Shown: piece by piece, positions 1 to 9,106 of the stretch
How positions within the stretch are numbered: the stretch's first letter is position 1
Layout of the letters: each line of letters begins with the position of its first letter
IMG/VR virus record: IMGVR_UViG_3300010885_061525
Coordinates: 1 to 64,000 of that record
DNA: 64,000 nucleotides
From: a virus
Strand: one strand, 5' to 3'
The notes under the pieces: model-generated
The model's input: the letters and a program-made list of their open reading frames with translations, nothing else
Told to the model about the DNA's origin: nothing
Database searches by the model: none
Made by a program: the position numbers and the translations under genes

Positions 1-9
1 ACGCTCACG

Positions 10-873
10 ATGGGAGGCACGAGCGGTGGCACGACTGCGCTTAGGAATGCCGAAACTAAGCTAGGTGTTACGACAGCGCAAATAACGACGAACGGCGGAA
101 CAACTAACGCTCTTCAGCTTGGTCCGTATGGTAATTTGAATTTAGTTCCAACGACTACTGCTGCCAGTGCTGGTGGTACTAATACTTCATTAATTATCAC
201 CAACGCAAACGACGGCGTTGGTACTGTCACAGTGGCAGGTGGTGATCTTGTATTAGGCACGAAGATGACTGATGAATTTACAACATCAGCCGTTAAACTA
301 ATTTTCGAAGGTGCTACAGACAATGCTTTCGATACCACGCTCACGGTAACAGATCCTACCGCCAACAGAACCATTACGCTTCCTAATCTCACAGGTACGG
401 TGGCTCTTACAACTGATCTGTCTCAATTTGCAGCCACATCATCAGCACAACTTGCTACACTAATTAGTGATGAAACTGGTTCTGGAGCATTAGTATTTGC
501 AACTTCGCCCACACTTGTCACACCGACTCTAGGAGCGGCAGCAGCCACATCCGTAACATCTGATGCATACATACTGTCTTCAAGCGGAATACAAGCAAAG
601 ACCGCTAGTTATACTTTAGTTGCAGGAGACAACGGTAAAATCATAACAATGAATGTGGCATCAGCAAACACGCTTACAGTTCCTGCGTCATTAGCCGTAG
701 GATTCAACTGCACCGTTATTCAACTTGGTGCAGGTCAAACTACTGTTACGGCATCGGGTACTACTCTAAACTCCTATCAGGGCTACTTAAAAATAAGTGG
801 GCAGCATGGATCAGCAAGCATCGTGAGTTACACATCTAATGTCTACAATGTTGCAGGAAGTCTAAGTGCATGA
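10..873 (+). CDS. Tail fibre/virion fibre protein (probably C-terminal part; frame open to window edge)
   Basis: Thr/Ser/Gly/Ala-rich; typical phage fibre modules (TLTVTDPTANRTITLPN, ISDETGSGALVFATSPTLVTP, ASYTLVAGDNGKIITMN...TVIQLGAGQ). Confidence 0.75.
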   Translation: MGGTSGGTTALRNAETKLGVTTAQITTNGGTTNALQLGPYGNLNLVPTTTAASAGGTNTSLIITNANDGVGTVTVAGGDLVLGTKMTDEFTTSAVKLIFEGATDNAFDTTLTVTDPTANRTITLPNLTGTVALTTDLSQFAATSSAQLATLISDETGSGALVFATSPTLVTPTLGAAAATSVTSDAYILSSSGIQAKTASYTLVAGDNGKIITMNVASANTLTVPASLAVGFNCTVIQLGAGQTTVTASGTTLNSYQGYLKISGQHGSASIVSYTSNVYNVAGSLSA

Positions 874-1280
874 GAATTCCTTCTTTCCATGCAAGTAGAG
901 TGCCTAGGACTTCAGGACCTGATCTAACTCCTGCCGCTGTGGATTGGACTAATATAGTGATTAACGGTACTAGATTTACGACTCAACAAATAACTTCTAT
1001 TTCCTCCTCCATAACAGTTCAAGTGACTGCATCTGGTTCGCCAGGTACTAGGTTATGGTTTAAGATAGATACAACAGTACCAAGTTATACTACAAGCACC
1101 CCTTCAATTTATGGGTTTACAAATGTAGCAGCCTTTCCAGTAAATATAACTGTTAATAATAATGAATATCTTTCATTTGGAATGGGCGCAGGAATCGACA
1201 GAGGCGGTAGTTCCACTATGACTGTAACCAACACCAGTGATTCAAATACAGTTCTTGATACTTTTTTGATGTCTTTCTAA
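870..1280 (+). CDS. Putative fibre-associated virion protein
   Basis: ATGA overlap with the fibre gene; beta-rich Thr/Ser composition. Confidence 0.55.
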   Translation: MRIPSFHASRVPRTSGPDLTPAAVDWTNIVINGTRFTTQQITSISSSITVQVTASGSPGTRLWFKIDTTVPSYTTSTPSIYGFTNVAAFPVNITVNNNEYLSFGMGAGIDRGGSSTMTVTNTSDSNTVLDTFLMSF

Positions 1281-1470
1281 TGGTGTAAATATCTCGGAGA
1301 AACAGAAGAATGAAATAGGCTAGAAGTAGTGGTTTCGGTGCTTGAGATAACTTGATCGACATTATATCAACAAAAAGCCTCATAAGCACTTAGGTAGATC
1401 TTGGCGAATATGTCATTATGTGTAATATATAATAGAAAAGATATCTATTTTGACCTTAAAAGTGGACTAT

Positions 1471-2214
1471 ATGAAACTACATAATTACATTAAATCGTTA
1501 TTTGTGTTCTCAGTGTGTCTGACTAGTATGGCTACGGCTCAAAACGACCCCACAGCTAAATTGAATCTTACGCTGGTTGCCCCACAACAAGCTGTGACAA
1601 TAGATGATATCATTGAGGTACAACTCATGGTATCGGCAGAAAGCAACCCACAGCGTTTTGTGGTGGCTGATGTCCCCTTTGGGTGGGACAACACCAAGCT
1701 CCAGCTGTTGGGAGTGTCATTGGTTGGCTCTCACGTCGGGGTGATGGCAGGATATTCCACCTTTCCTACAAACGATTATACTTTATGTAATGAAGTAGTG
1801 CCACCCCAAGACGGTAACGGAATGTTTTACTGCTATGGAGTATTGGGTTACGAATGGATTGTAACCACCGAACCCGCACAGATGTGTAGATTCATATTCA
1901 AGGTGGTTGGGTTGGGTATATCAGAGGTTGTTCTGTATGAAAATCTACCCCTTAATCCACAATACCCGGCATCGTGTGTGGTATACGGCTGCTGCGTTGG
2001 GGGCAATGTTGTCACAGGATCGCTGACCAACGCCACCGTTGGACTTGCAGAGCAAGGTGATTTCAACAATGATGGATTGGTAAATGCTCAGGATATGGGT
2101 GAGCTTCTAGCAGACTGGGGAGCTGCTAGCTTTAAATACAATCCCCATGACATTAACGGAGATGGAATCGTCAACTCACAGGATCTAGCACTGCTAGTGA
2201 ATAATTGGAGTTGA
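1471..2214 (+). CDS. Secreted cohesin-like beta-sandwich plus C-terminal dockerin-type domain protein
   Basis: Signal peptide MKLHNYIKSLFVFSVCLTSMATA-Q from ATG 1471; duplicated Ca-binding motifs GDFNNDGLVNAQD...LADWG and DINGDGIVNSQDL...NNW. Confidence 0.75.
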   Translation: MKLHNYIKSLFVFSVCLTSMATAQNDPTAKLNLTLVAPQQAVTIDDIIEVQLMVSAESNPQRFVVADVPFGWDNTKLQLLGVSLVGSHVGVMAGYSTFPTNDYTLCNEVVPPQDGNGMFYCYGVLGYEWIVTTEPAQMCRFIFKVVGLGISEVVLYENLPLNPQYPASCVVYGCCVGGNVVTGSLTNATVGLAEQGDFNNDGLVNAQDMGELLADWGAASFKYNPHDINGDGIVNSQDLALLVNNWS

Positions 2215-2232
2215 TATTTATTGAACAGGTGC

Positions 2233-2400
2233 ATGAAAAAATCAATCAAAATGGCGGGACCTAACTTGTTATTTACTCTCATTACTCTAAACTTAATCGC
2301 TACAAATTTATTGCTTGAATTGCCAAGGATCTATTTCACATATGGAAAACAGGCACTCAAAAACCTAGCCAAACTCAATAGAGCCAATAAAAAAATATAG
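2233..2400 (+). CDS. Possible small hydrophobic protein (55 aa)
   Basis: ATG 2233 to TAG 2400 with a hydrophobic stretch; below the ORF-track cutoff. Confidence 0.3.
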   Translation: MKKSIKMAGPNLLFTLITLNLIATNLLLELPRIYFTYGKQALKNLAKLNRANKKI

Positions 2401-2516
2401 CGATTATGATCCATTTTTCCAAGAATGTTGATCTTTGGTCTTAGTCTATCCGTATAATATAATGGAACAATCGAAGATAAGCAAAAACAATGCTTCGATT
2501 AAGTATAGGAATAAAA

Positions 2517-2726
2517 ATGTACGTTAACGTAGAAATTAAAACAACCTCTTTTGAAACTCTTGAAAAAATAACATATGCGGCAAGCTGCGAGCCGGTGCCT
2601 CATCAGGCCATCAATTGTGGATACGGTAATATTAATGTAGTTTACTGTTGTTCAAAAAATGATGTCTCAGCAATTAAAAGGCATTGGAAGTCAAACATTT
2701 CCGAGTGCTTTATAGTCTCTATTTAA
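2517..2726 (+). CDS. Hypothetical protein
   Basis: ORF with AGGA upstream of ATG 2517; TATAAT at 2453-2458. Confidence 0.45.
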   Translation: MYVNVEIKTTSFETLEKITYAASCEPVPHQAINCGYGNINVVYCCSKNDVSAIKRHWKSNISECFIVSI

Positions 2727-2731
2727 AATTT

Positions 2732-2805
2732 GCTCTCGTAGCTCAGTTGGATAGAGTAACGGATTTCTAATCCGTATGTCGGAGGTTCGAGTCCTCCCGA
2801 GAGCG
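2732..2805 (+). tRNA. tRNA-Arg (anticodon TCT), CCA not encoded
   Basis: Acceptor stem GCTCTCG/CGAGAGC, D-arm TAGCTCAGTTGGATAGAG, anticodon arm ACGGA-TTTCTAA-TCCGT, T-arm GGAGG-TTCGAGT-CCTCC. Confidence 0.95.
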
Positions 2806-2807
2806 TT

Positions 2808-3332
2808 ATGGCAAAACCAAATTTCAAAATCTTGCCCGAAGACGAAGCTAAAAAGTTTATCTTTGAGCATATCAAAAAACGATTTACAAAAAACGGTCCT
2901 ATTATTGGTAAGCTTCCAAGGGACTATCGAGAAGATGCTTTGAATGAAATTTATATAGATCTATGGAATAATAGATTTAATTACAATCCAAGCTTAGCTG
3001 ATTTTACCACCTATGCCTATAATAGAGGTAGAGGAGTTATCAAGGCGATGCTCCAATCTTCTGGAAGAATAACAAGGATTAGAAAGAAGATATCAAAAGA
3101 AAATAGATGTAACTCCTTGGAAAAGACTGACACCTTTGAGGGCAAGGAGTTTTGTGATAGACTTCTTGGAGTTCTTACTGAAGAAGAGCGTAAAATAATG
3201 ACAATGAGATTTGTAGAGTCTGTCCATATTGAGGACATAGCTGAAAACCTAAACTTAAACCCTCAAAAGATATATTCTATAATTAGGGACGCTAAAATGA
3301 AGTGTATTAGAAGTAAATGGAATCAAAAATAA
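2808..3332 (+). CDS. Sigma-70 family (ECF-like) RNA polymerase sigma factor
   Basis: Region 2 (EDALNEIYIDLW...YNPSLADFTTYAY) and region 4 HTH (LTEEERKIMTMRF...IEDIAENLNLNPQKI). Confidence 0.85.
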   Translation: MAKPNFKILPEDEAKKFIFEHIKKRFTKNGPIIGKLPRDYREDALNEIYIDLWNNRFNYNPSLADFTTYAYNRGRGVIKAMLQSSGRITRIRKKISKENRCNSLEKTDTFEGKEFCDRLLGVLTEEERKIMTMRFVESVHIEDIAENLNLNPQKIYSIIRDAKMKCIRSKWNQK

Positions 3333-3721
3333 AAGCTAGAAGCGTTTTAAACGCAAATTACAAGCAGATAATGTCTGCTTTTAGTTCCATATATACTCAG
3401 CTTGAATTTGGAGATACCACTGACGACAATAAAGCGCTTCGACTTGCTGCGTTTTACACTGTCGTTTTTTTCCGAGCGGTCGGAGTTGCTCCTATAGTAA
3501 GTCATATAGATCTATACATGAGCAAAAATCCAAAAGTGCTCTTAACAAGTGATGATCTAAATTTGGCTGCAGAGATATTGGTGGAAAATCACATTCATGA
3601 ACTCAAGGTTGGAGGAATGATTAATGTGAGCCATTTCGAAGATGGCAGTTGCGAAATAACCCTGACAGAAAAAGGTCAAGCTGAATCTAAACTTGCCGGT
3701 AAGGATATAAGACTTCTATGA
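3317..3721 (+). CDS. Hypothetical protein (possible winged helix)
   Basis: Coupled ORF; C-terminal ITLTEKG wing-like motif. Confidence 0.5.
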   Translation: MESKIKARSVLNANYKQIMSAFSSIYTQLEFGDTTDDNKALRLAAFYTVVFFRAVGVAPIVSHIDLYMSKNPKVLLTSDDLNLAAEILVENHIHELKVGGMINVSHFEDGSCEITLTEKGQAESKLAGKDIRLL

Positions 3722-4128
3722 ACACGTCAATCATGTCATCGTTCTTCTTTATTCCGATGGTAGACAACTACAACATTATTCAGGCTAAGCTTACTAAGCC
3801 TCTATATTCCAAGGACTTTTTAAACCATAAATCGGATATCATGTCGTTGTTCTCTAGATTATATACTGTGATGGAGACGCAGGCTATAGGTCTTCCTATT
3901 AGTGAGCAGGACCTAGACATAAGTTCTGCATTAGTGTGCGCGTTTTCATGGATTTGGATGCATGGAAACGAAGACCCGTATTTAGTGACCGAACTTATGT
4001 GGCAAGGATATATGGAGGGGGACTTGGCTCTTAAAAGCAAGCACTACACCTCCCTTCACTCTCTTGCTTATAACATCTTGAAGGAAGATAAAAAGCATAG
4101 ATCTTCAAATGCATCAAAGCCAAAGTAA
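3718..4128 (+). CDS. Hypothetical protein
   Basis: ATGA-coupled ORF. Confidence 0.5.
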   Translation: MNTSIMSSFFFIPMVDNYNIIQAKLTKPLYSKDFLNHKSDIMSLFSRLYTVMETQAIGLPISEQDLDISSALVCAFSWIWMHGNEDPYLVTELMWQGYMEGDLALKSKHYTSLHSLAYNILKEDKKHRSSNASKPK

Positions 4129-4504
4129 GGGAAAAGCTGCAGAAATACTATTTGAGCTTCTTTGTATGAAGAAGCAATGGCACTGTTGCAAGCCTATAGC
4201 TGACTTCATGCATTACGACTATATAGTTGACTTTGGCGATGGGGTATTTAAAAAGATACAAGTGAAGACCGTGTTCTACGATAAAAAGACAAAGCAACAC
4301 AGATGCGATTTACGTAAGAACAAGAACGGAACTAAGAACAAAGAGAAATACAACCAAGGTGACTTCGATATAGTTGCCATAAGTGTAGAGATTAACTCCT
4401 GGCTTTTAATTCCTTGGGATTCAATAAAGTCAAACACAGAAATAAAACTCTCAGATAAAAGAATAAAAAATGAGCCAATTTGGAATGTATCCTTCGATCT
4501 ATAA
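4109..4504 (+). CDS. PD-(D/E)XK endonuclease (free-standing, homing-endonuclease-like)
   Basis: GKAAE...YDYIVD...KIQVKT...Y..GDFDIVAI...WLLIP pattern. Confidence 0.8.
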   Translation: MHQSQSKGKAAEILFELLCMKKQWHCCKPIADFMHYDYIVDFGDGVFKKIQVKTVFYDKKTKQHRCDLRKNKNGTKNKEKYNQGDFDIVAISVEINSWLLIPWDSIKSNTEIKLSDKRIKNEPIWNVSFDL

Positions 4505-5018
4505 GTATAAGACTTACGAAGAAGCAATACTAGCTCTTGAGAATCGTAAAAACGAAAACATAAAAAACCTTGACACAATAACGAACTATAGTTCGCTTAT
4601 AATCAAAGGCGTTACAAAATGCCTTGTTCTCTACGGAGAAGATGGTGAAATAAAATCTTGTCTTTGTACAAAATGCCTCAACAAAATAAATCGATCTCCC
4701 GTATATAATGGTGCATACGTTTATCCATTATGTATTGATTGTCTTAGTGATGTAGAACACATTGAAAATATACAGAAAAAGGATGCTAAAATGAAGACCA
4801 ATAGTAAGAAGAATGATATCGCAAAAATCAATTTTGACTGGGTGGCTTTTGAGAAAATGATAGTAGATGGTACTGCAAAATTAGTTAAGCTTTCAGAAGA
4901 ACACAATGTTTATCCAACTCAATTGAAAGAAGCCATCATTTCCAAATATGGAAGTCAGATATCTTTCAAAAAGGGACGTAACGGCGGAATCATGTGGACT
5001 GTAAAAGCGGTTGGGTAA
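4470..5018 (+). CDS. Hypothetical protein with CxxC motifs
   Basis: CTKC and CIDC; C-terminal KKGRNGGI. Confidence 0.5.
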   Translation: MSQFGMYPSIYKYKTYEEAILALENRKNENIKNLDTITNYSSLIIKGVTKCLVLYGEDGEIKSCLCTKCLNKINRSPVYNGAYVYPLCIDCLSDVEHIENIQKKDAKMKTNSKKNDIAKINFDWVAFEKMIVDGTAKLVKLSEEHNVYPTQLKEAIISKYGSQISFKKGRNGGIMWTVKAVG

Positions 5019-5022
5019 TAAA

Positions 5023-5634
5023 ATGTTTAATTGGACTGACTGTAAAGTTGTAGCTGTTGTAGGACATACGGGCAGCGGAAAAACTGCTTCTTGTTTTAAT
5101 ATAATGGATTCGATTAAGGGCAAGTCAAAATACATCATTGACCACCCATTTCCAGAAGCTCTTTCTGGAACCGGCATTACTAATATCCCTAGCATAGATT
5201 TTGAGAATCTATCCGATAGCGCCATATGGATAGATGAGCCTCAGCTTGTTTTTCCAAAAGGAGAGAAGAGGGGAAATGAAGCTCTTATGATGATGTGCTC
5301 ACTTGCTCGTCAACGAGATATAACTTTGGTTTTTTCAACAAGTGACACTCGTTGGATAAATAGAGGCATGGAATCCTATGTTGATACGTGGCTAATTAAA
5401 CACTTAGACTTTAACTTGGTTAAACAGGGTAGTATTACTCAGAAAATCATCAAGCAAAAATACTACAACATTATGCCGTCTTCGTTTAGACTTGGAGTTG
5501 ACGAAGGTATTTTATATTGCCCATCTCAGATTGAACGTCCAATTAAAGTTAATATTCCTCTTCCATCGTATTGGTCAGAGAGGCTAAGTAAGCCATATAA
5601 GTTTTCAGCAGACAAAGTAAACAAGGTATTCTAA
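5023..5634 (+). CDS. P-loop ATPase
   Basis: Walker A GHTGSGKT, Walker B IWIDE, LARQRDITLVFST. Confidence 0.8.
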   Translation: MFNWTDCKVVAVVGHTGSGKTASCFNIMDSIKGKSKYIIDHPFPEALSGTGITNIPSIDFENLSDSAIWIDEPQLVFPKGEKRGNEALMMMCSLARQRDITLVFSTSDTRWINRGMESYVDTWLIKHLDFNLVKQGSITQKIIKQKYYNIMPSSFRLGVDEGILYCPSQIERPIKVNIPLPSYWSERLSKPYKFSADKVNKVF

Positions 5635-5867
5635 TGTTCATAAAGATTCTATCAAAAATAAATGACTCGGGCAATTTTTACTATGTAAGTTTAGTATCTC
5701 CAGCTAGCGATGTTATTCATATTGCAAGCTCAGAATTCTCTATTATTGAGGGGCAGACCTATAGAGCCATCCCTTCTGTCCATTGGGTTCGAGACTCTGA
5801 AGACGGTGCGCCTTTAGCTCATTTTAAGATTCAAGGAAAACAAAAATCTATGGAGCAATCTATATGA
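5634..5867 (+). CDS. Hypothetical protein
   Basis: Coupled ORF. Confidence 0.45.
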   Translation: MFIKILSKINDSGNFYYVSLVSPASDVIHIASSEFSIIEGQTYRAIPSVHWVRDSEDGAPLAHFKIQGKQKSMEQSI

Positions 5868-6169
5868 TAAACATGTGCTTTTCAATTTCTAGCGACGAGA
5901 TTATCGCGAAGATAGAGCTTCCCGAAGAACCTCCAGCTTTAGAATTGATCATAAAAGCAACAATGGCATGTCAGTTCGATTCTACCGCTACGAACCTTAT
6001 ATCAGAACAAATCCGTAGCAAATATGGAGATGACTATTATAATAAAACTGTACAAGCGATGTCTGCAGTCATTAAAAGCTTTAGGGAAATAATTCAGAAC
6101 TCATTAGCTCTAGACCCGGAAGCTCCTGCGGTTCCCGTTATTTACATGGCTCCTAGAGGTCAAAAATGA
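5864..6169 (+). CDS. Hypothetical protein
   Basis: ATGA-coupled ORF. Confidence 0.5.
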   Translation: MINMCFSISSDEIIAKIELPEEPPALELIIKATMACQFDSTATNLISEQIRSKYGDDYYNKTVQAMSAVIKSFREIIQNSLALDPEAPAVPVIYMAPRGQK

Positions 6170-6594
6170 AAAACGTTGACTGGTCAAAAGAGCCTGAGAT
6201 TAGATGGGAGAAGAGGATATGCCCAATATGCCACGAACCAACTGGCGAGAATAGCCAGTGTTTTAGCATAGAAAATCCTGCTGAAATAATGAGTTCAGCA
6301 GACTACGAAGGCTCAGCAAAGACAATAGAAATAAATGGCGAGCTGTTTCCGGTGTTTGCTAAGCAGTGCTATTACCGAAAAAACAATGAGTATTGGTTGT
6401 ACACTAACTATCCAATATCTATTCCTTTAGCTAACATGATAGAATCTATTGAAGGAATAGAAATTGTAGTAATAAGAACCGCATATAAATGCTCTGTTGT
6501 AATTGCTGATCAGTTTGATGATGCTGTTGTGAAAAATTTAACAAACAAGAAGTATAGGGATTTTATAAATGGATTTAGAAAAGACAAGAATTGA
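6166..6594 (+). CDS. Hypothetical protein
   Basis: ATGA-coupled ORF, CPIC motif. Confidence 0.5.
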   Translation: MKNVDWSKEPEIRWEKRICPICHEPTGENSQCFSIENPAEIMSSADYEGSAKTIEINGELFPVFAKQCYYRKNNEYWLYTNYPISIPLANMIESIEGIEIVVIRTAYKCSVVIADQFDDAVVKNLTNKKYRDFINGFRKDKN

Positions 6595-7270
6595 TGTCTT
6601 GGATTCCGGGTTCGTTCGGTATATAGACCACATGGGTAGCGATCTAACGGTTGTCAATGCGGCAAGGGTTTCCTTCAATAAGGAAAGCTCATGGGAATGT
6701 TCTGATTCCGAGTTTGCCCAAAAAAGCATTTCTGACAAAGACGAAAAACTGATTGGATATCTAGCGAAGCATGATCATTGGACCCCGTTTGCTCATCCTC
6801 AAATATCTCTTCACATAAAGGCTCCAATATTTGTTAGAACCCAATTCTTTAAACACAAGGTTGGCTTTGTTGAAAATGAAATATCAAGACGATACATAAA
6901 AGAAGATGTCGAATATTATGTTCCACTGTGGAGATCGGCTCCTACTAATGGAGCTAAGCAAGGAAGCGGAGATGCATTGCCCTACACTACAGGTATAACT
7001 GATATGTTTCAAAACATCTGCGAAGATGCCATAAATCATTATAAGTTTCTAATAGAAGAAGGAGTTGCTCCTGAACAAGCAAGAGCTGTTCTTCCTCAAA
7101 GTGCTTATACCGAATGGTGGTGGACTGGCAGTTTGTCAGCATACGCTAGGTTCTACAATCAAAGAAGTGATAAACATGCACAATGGGAAATACAGCAATA
7201 TGCAAAAGCCATCAGCCTTTTAATAGAGCCTCTTTTCCCAAAGGCTTGGAAGGTTTTAATTGAGCATTGA
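6569..7270 (+). CDS. thyX: FAD-dependent thymidylate synthase
   Basis: MGSDLTVVNAARVS, HWTPF, KHKVGFVENEISRRY, PEQARAVLP, HAQWEI. Confidence 0.95.
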   Translation: MDLEKTRIDVLDSGFVRYIDHMGSDLTVVNAARVSFNKESSWECSDSEFAQKSISDKDEKLIGYLAKHDHWTPFAHPQISLHIKAPIFVRTQFFKHKVGFVENEISRRYIKEDVEYYVPLWRSAPTNGAKQGSGDALPYTTGITDMFQNICEDAINHYKFLIEEGVAPEQARAVLPQSAYTEWWWTGSLSAYARFYNQRSDKHAQWEIQQYAKAISLLIEPLFPKAWKVLIEH

Positions 7271-7913
7271 TATTAGAGACAGAATAATATGCACCAGTTT
7301 TTCATCTGTCTCCACAGACAAGGAGATAAGGGCTAGTTTGGCCTTGGCTTCTGAGCAGAGTTTCAAAGGGTCTTTAATAGACTTAAACTCATATGATGAA
7401 TTGATAGAAGACGTGGCTTTTCATAAAAATGTCAACGTGGCTATAAATTTCCCATATCAAGGACTTTCAAACTCTGTAGTTTTAGCAACAGCAGGGGCTT
7501 TAGGTGATTCTTATTACATCAATGATTTTTATATAACGCTAAATAAGTTCGATGTATCTAAATCTAGGACATCTGATATAAGGGCTTATATAAAAGACCT
7601 CAATAACTCTTGCAATAAAAATATCAATTTTACGCTTGAGCTAAGCTGGTTAAAGTCACTAGAGTCTATTGATAAAATATGCTCAATTCTAGAACCTTAT
7701 GAAAGACACAGTTTATCTATAAGCACTTACTGCAAAAAACCCGACAAATTAAGTGATATATTGGCGATAGGAAAGCATCTTAGCTCTAATGGCTCATGTA
7801 AGTATTCTTATTTTGGAGCGCTGCCTGCTAAAAAGGAGGGTATTATTGAACTTTTGGGGGGAGGCTTTTTGTATTGCGGTGTGCCGAAACAATTTTTGGG
7901 GTCCGTAATTTAG
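7260..7913 (+). CDS. Degenerate deoxyribose-phosphate aldolase (DeoC)-like TIM-barrel protein
   Basis: VAINFPYQG resembles DeoC VIGFPLG; NFTLELSWL resembles KVILET..L; the KTSTG motif is not conserved. Confidence 0.4.
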   Translation: MSIDIRDRIICTSFSSVSTDKEIRASLALASEQSFKGSLIDLNSYDELIEDVAFHKNVNVAINFPYQGLSNSVVLATAGALGDSYYINDFYITLNKFDVSKSRTSDIRAYIKDLNNSCNKNINFTLELSWLKSLESIDKICSILEPYERHSLSISTYCKKPDKLSDILAIGKHLSSNGSCKYSYFGALPAKKEGIIELLGGGFLYCGVPKQFLGSVI

Positions 7914-7928
7914 AGCCTTTTAACAATT

Positions 7929-7934
7929 GTGTAT
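7929..7934 (+). promoter_or_regulatory. GTGTAT motif, candidate phage late promoter
   Basis: 19 nt before ATG 7954; recurs before other operon heads. Confidence 0.55.
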
Positions 7935-7953
7935 TACTCAGAGAGATAATAAC

Positions 7954-8454
7954 ATGGCTACTTCAGGAACAATAAACAATAAACCCGCAGTGCTTAGAAG
8001 AGTAACATCATCTAACGATAAAAGCTTAATTACGTTCGCCAATGTGACCCAAGGTCAATTGGACACTATTAATCCTAGATCTTTAACCACCACAAGCAGC
8101 AGTCTTTCTAGAATAAACATTGCTCTTGGAGGACTAGTTCAATTTTCAAAGGTCGGAGGAAATGTATATCATAGCTCAATTACCACCGTTAAAGATTATA
8201 ATTTAACTGGAGCTGCAACTACTAAGGTTTTGGATATATACGGAAGAGTTGTTAAAGTAACTGGATCTAACATAATAGTTGATAAAGCAACTAGTGGTAG
8301 CCCAAAGTTCGGCGTTACCGCTACTACTTTTGACGCAGATAACGCTCCAGGAAATCTCACTAAGGCCGGAAACGATGGTCTTACTTACTATGTGAAGATG
8401 ACAGGAAGCTTCGGTCCAACAACACAAACCGTAGGAGATTCTTTAGCTAGCTAA
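7954..8454 (+). CDS. Putative virion structural protein
   Basis: Thr/Gly/Ser-rich, acid-poor; downstream of GTGTAT. Confidence 0.5.
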   Translation: MATSGTINNKPAVLRRVTSSNDKSLITFANVTQGQLDTINPRSLTTTSSSLSRINIALGGLVQFSKVGGNVYHSSITTVKDYNLTGAATTKVLDIYGRVVKVTGSNIIVDKATSGSPKFGVTATTFDADNAPGNLTKAGNDGLTYYVKMTGSFGPTTQTVGDSLAS

Positions 8455-8467
8455 GGAGAAAAATAAT

Positions 8468-9070
8468 ATGTCAATACAAGGAACAATAACATCGTCGTTT
8501 TCATTCCAAAAAGGTAGCGGTCTTCAAGTCGCTCAAGGTAATCCTATTGAGTCAAGAAGGAATCTTCCTGTGCAGAACTTGGCTAACGGGGCTTTTGCCC
8601 CAAGAATACCCGAACTAATAACTCCAACTGCTGGGACGAGTGAAACTTTTTCTGCGCGCTCATCTCTATATGAGAATGATAATGAAGTATATACATTCTT
8701 CTTTCCGGCGATTGCAGACGCCGTCAATACTCATCTCATGATAGCCAACTTTAGTTACGCCATTGATTCTATCAAGGCTAAGTTTGTCACTGCTTCTTCT
8801 GCCGGAACAGTGGATGTAAAAATTTGCGACAATGGAGAGGCTATCAGCGCAGGAACTAGCGTTTTAGCATCTACTATGTCAATAGCAGGATCTGCTGACA
8901 CGAATGTTGTTGGAAGTCTTACAACAGTTCAAGCTGATAGAAAACTAGCTCGTGGTCAGTCATTGGCTATCGCATTCGGAGGATCTTTAACTAGTATAGC
9001 TGGACTTACAGTTACAGTAGTTCTAAGAAGAATGGTCGCTCCTGCTAGAAACGGGAACTACTTTGAATAA
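8468..9070 (+). CDS. Putative virion structural/decoration protein
   Basis: SD AAGGAG; C-terminal beta-sandwich pattern (GTSVLASTMSI...LARGQSLAI...GLTVTVVL). Confidence 0.6.
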   Translation: MSIQGTITSSFSFQKGSGLQVAQGNPIESRRNLPVQNLANGAFAPRIPELITPTAGTSETFSARSSLYENDNEVYTFFFPAIADAVNTHLMIANFSYAIDSIKAKFVTASSAGTVDVKICDNGEAISAGTSVLASTMSIAGSADTNVVGSLTTVQADRKLARGQSLAIAFGGSLTSIAGLTVTVVLRRMVAPARNGNYFE

Positions 9071-9089
9071 TGAAAATCTATGAGAAAAG

Positions 9090-9106
9090 CATGCTATAAT
9101 AGCATG
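9090..9106 (+). promoter_or_regulatory. Extended -10 (TGCTATAAT) inside an inverted repeat
   Basis: CATGCTAT-A-ATAGCATG directly before GTG start 9106. Confidence 0.5.

Noticed and set aside
2763-2772. Amber suppressor (CTA) reading of the tRNA
   Set aside because: The 5-bp stem ACGGA/TCCGT frames loop TTTCTAA, so the anticodon is TCT (Arg)
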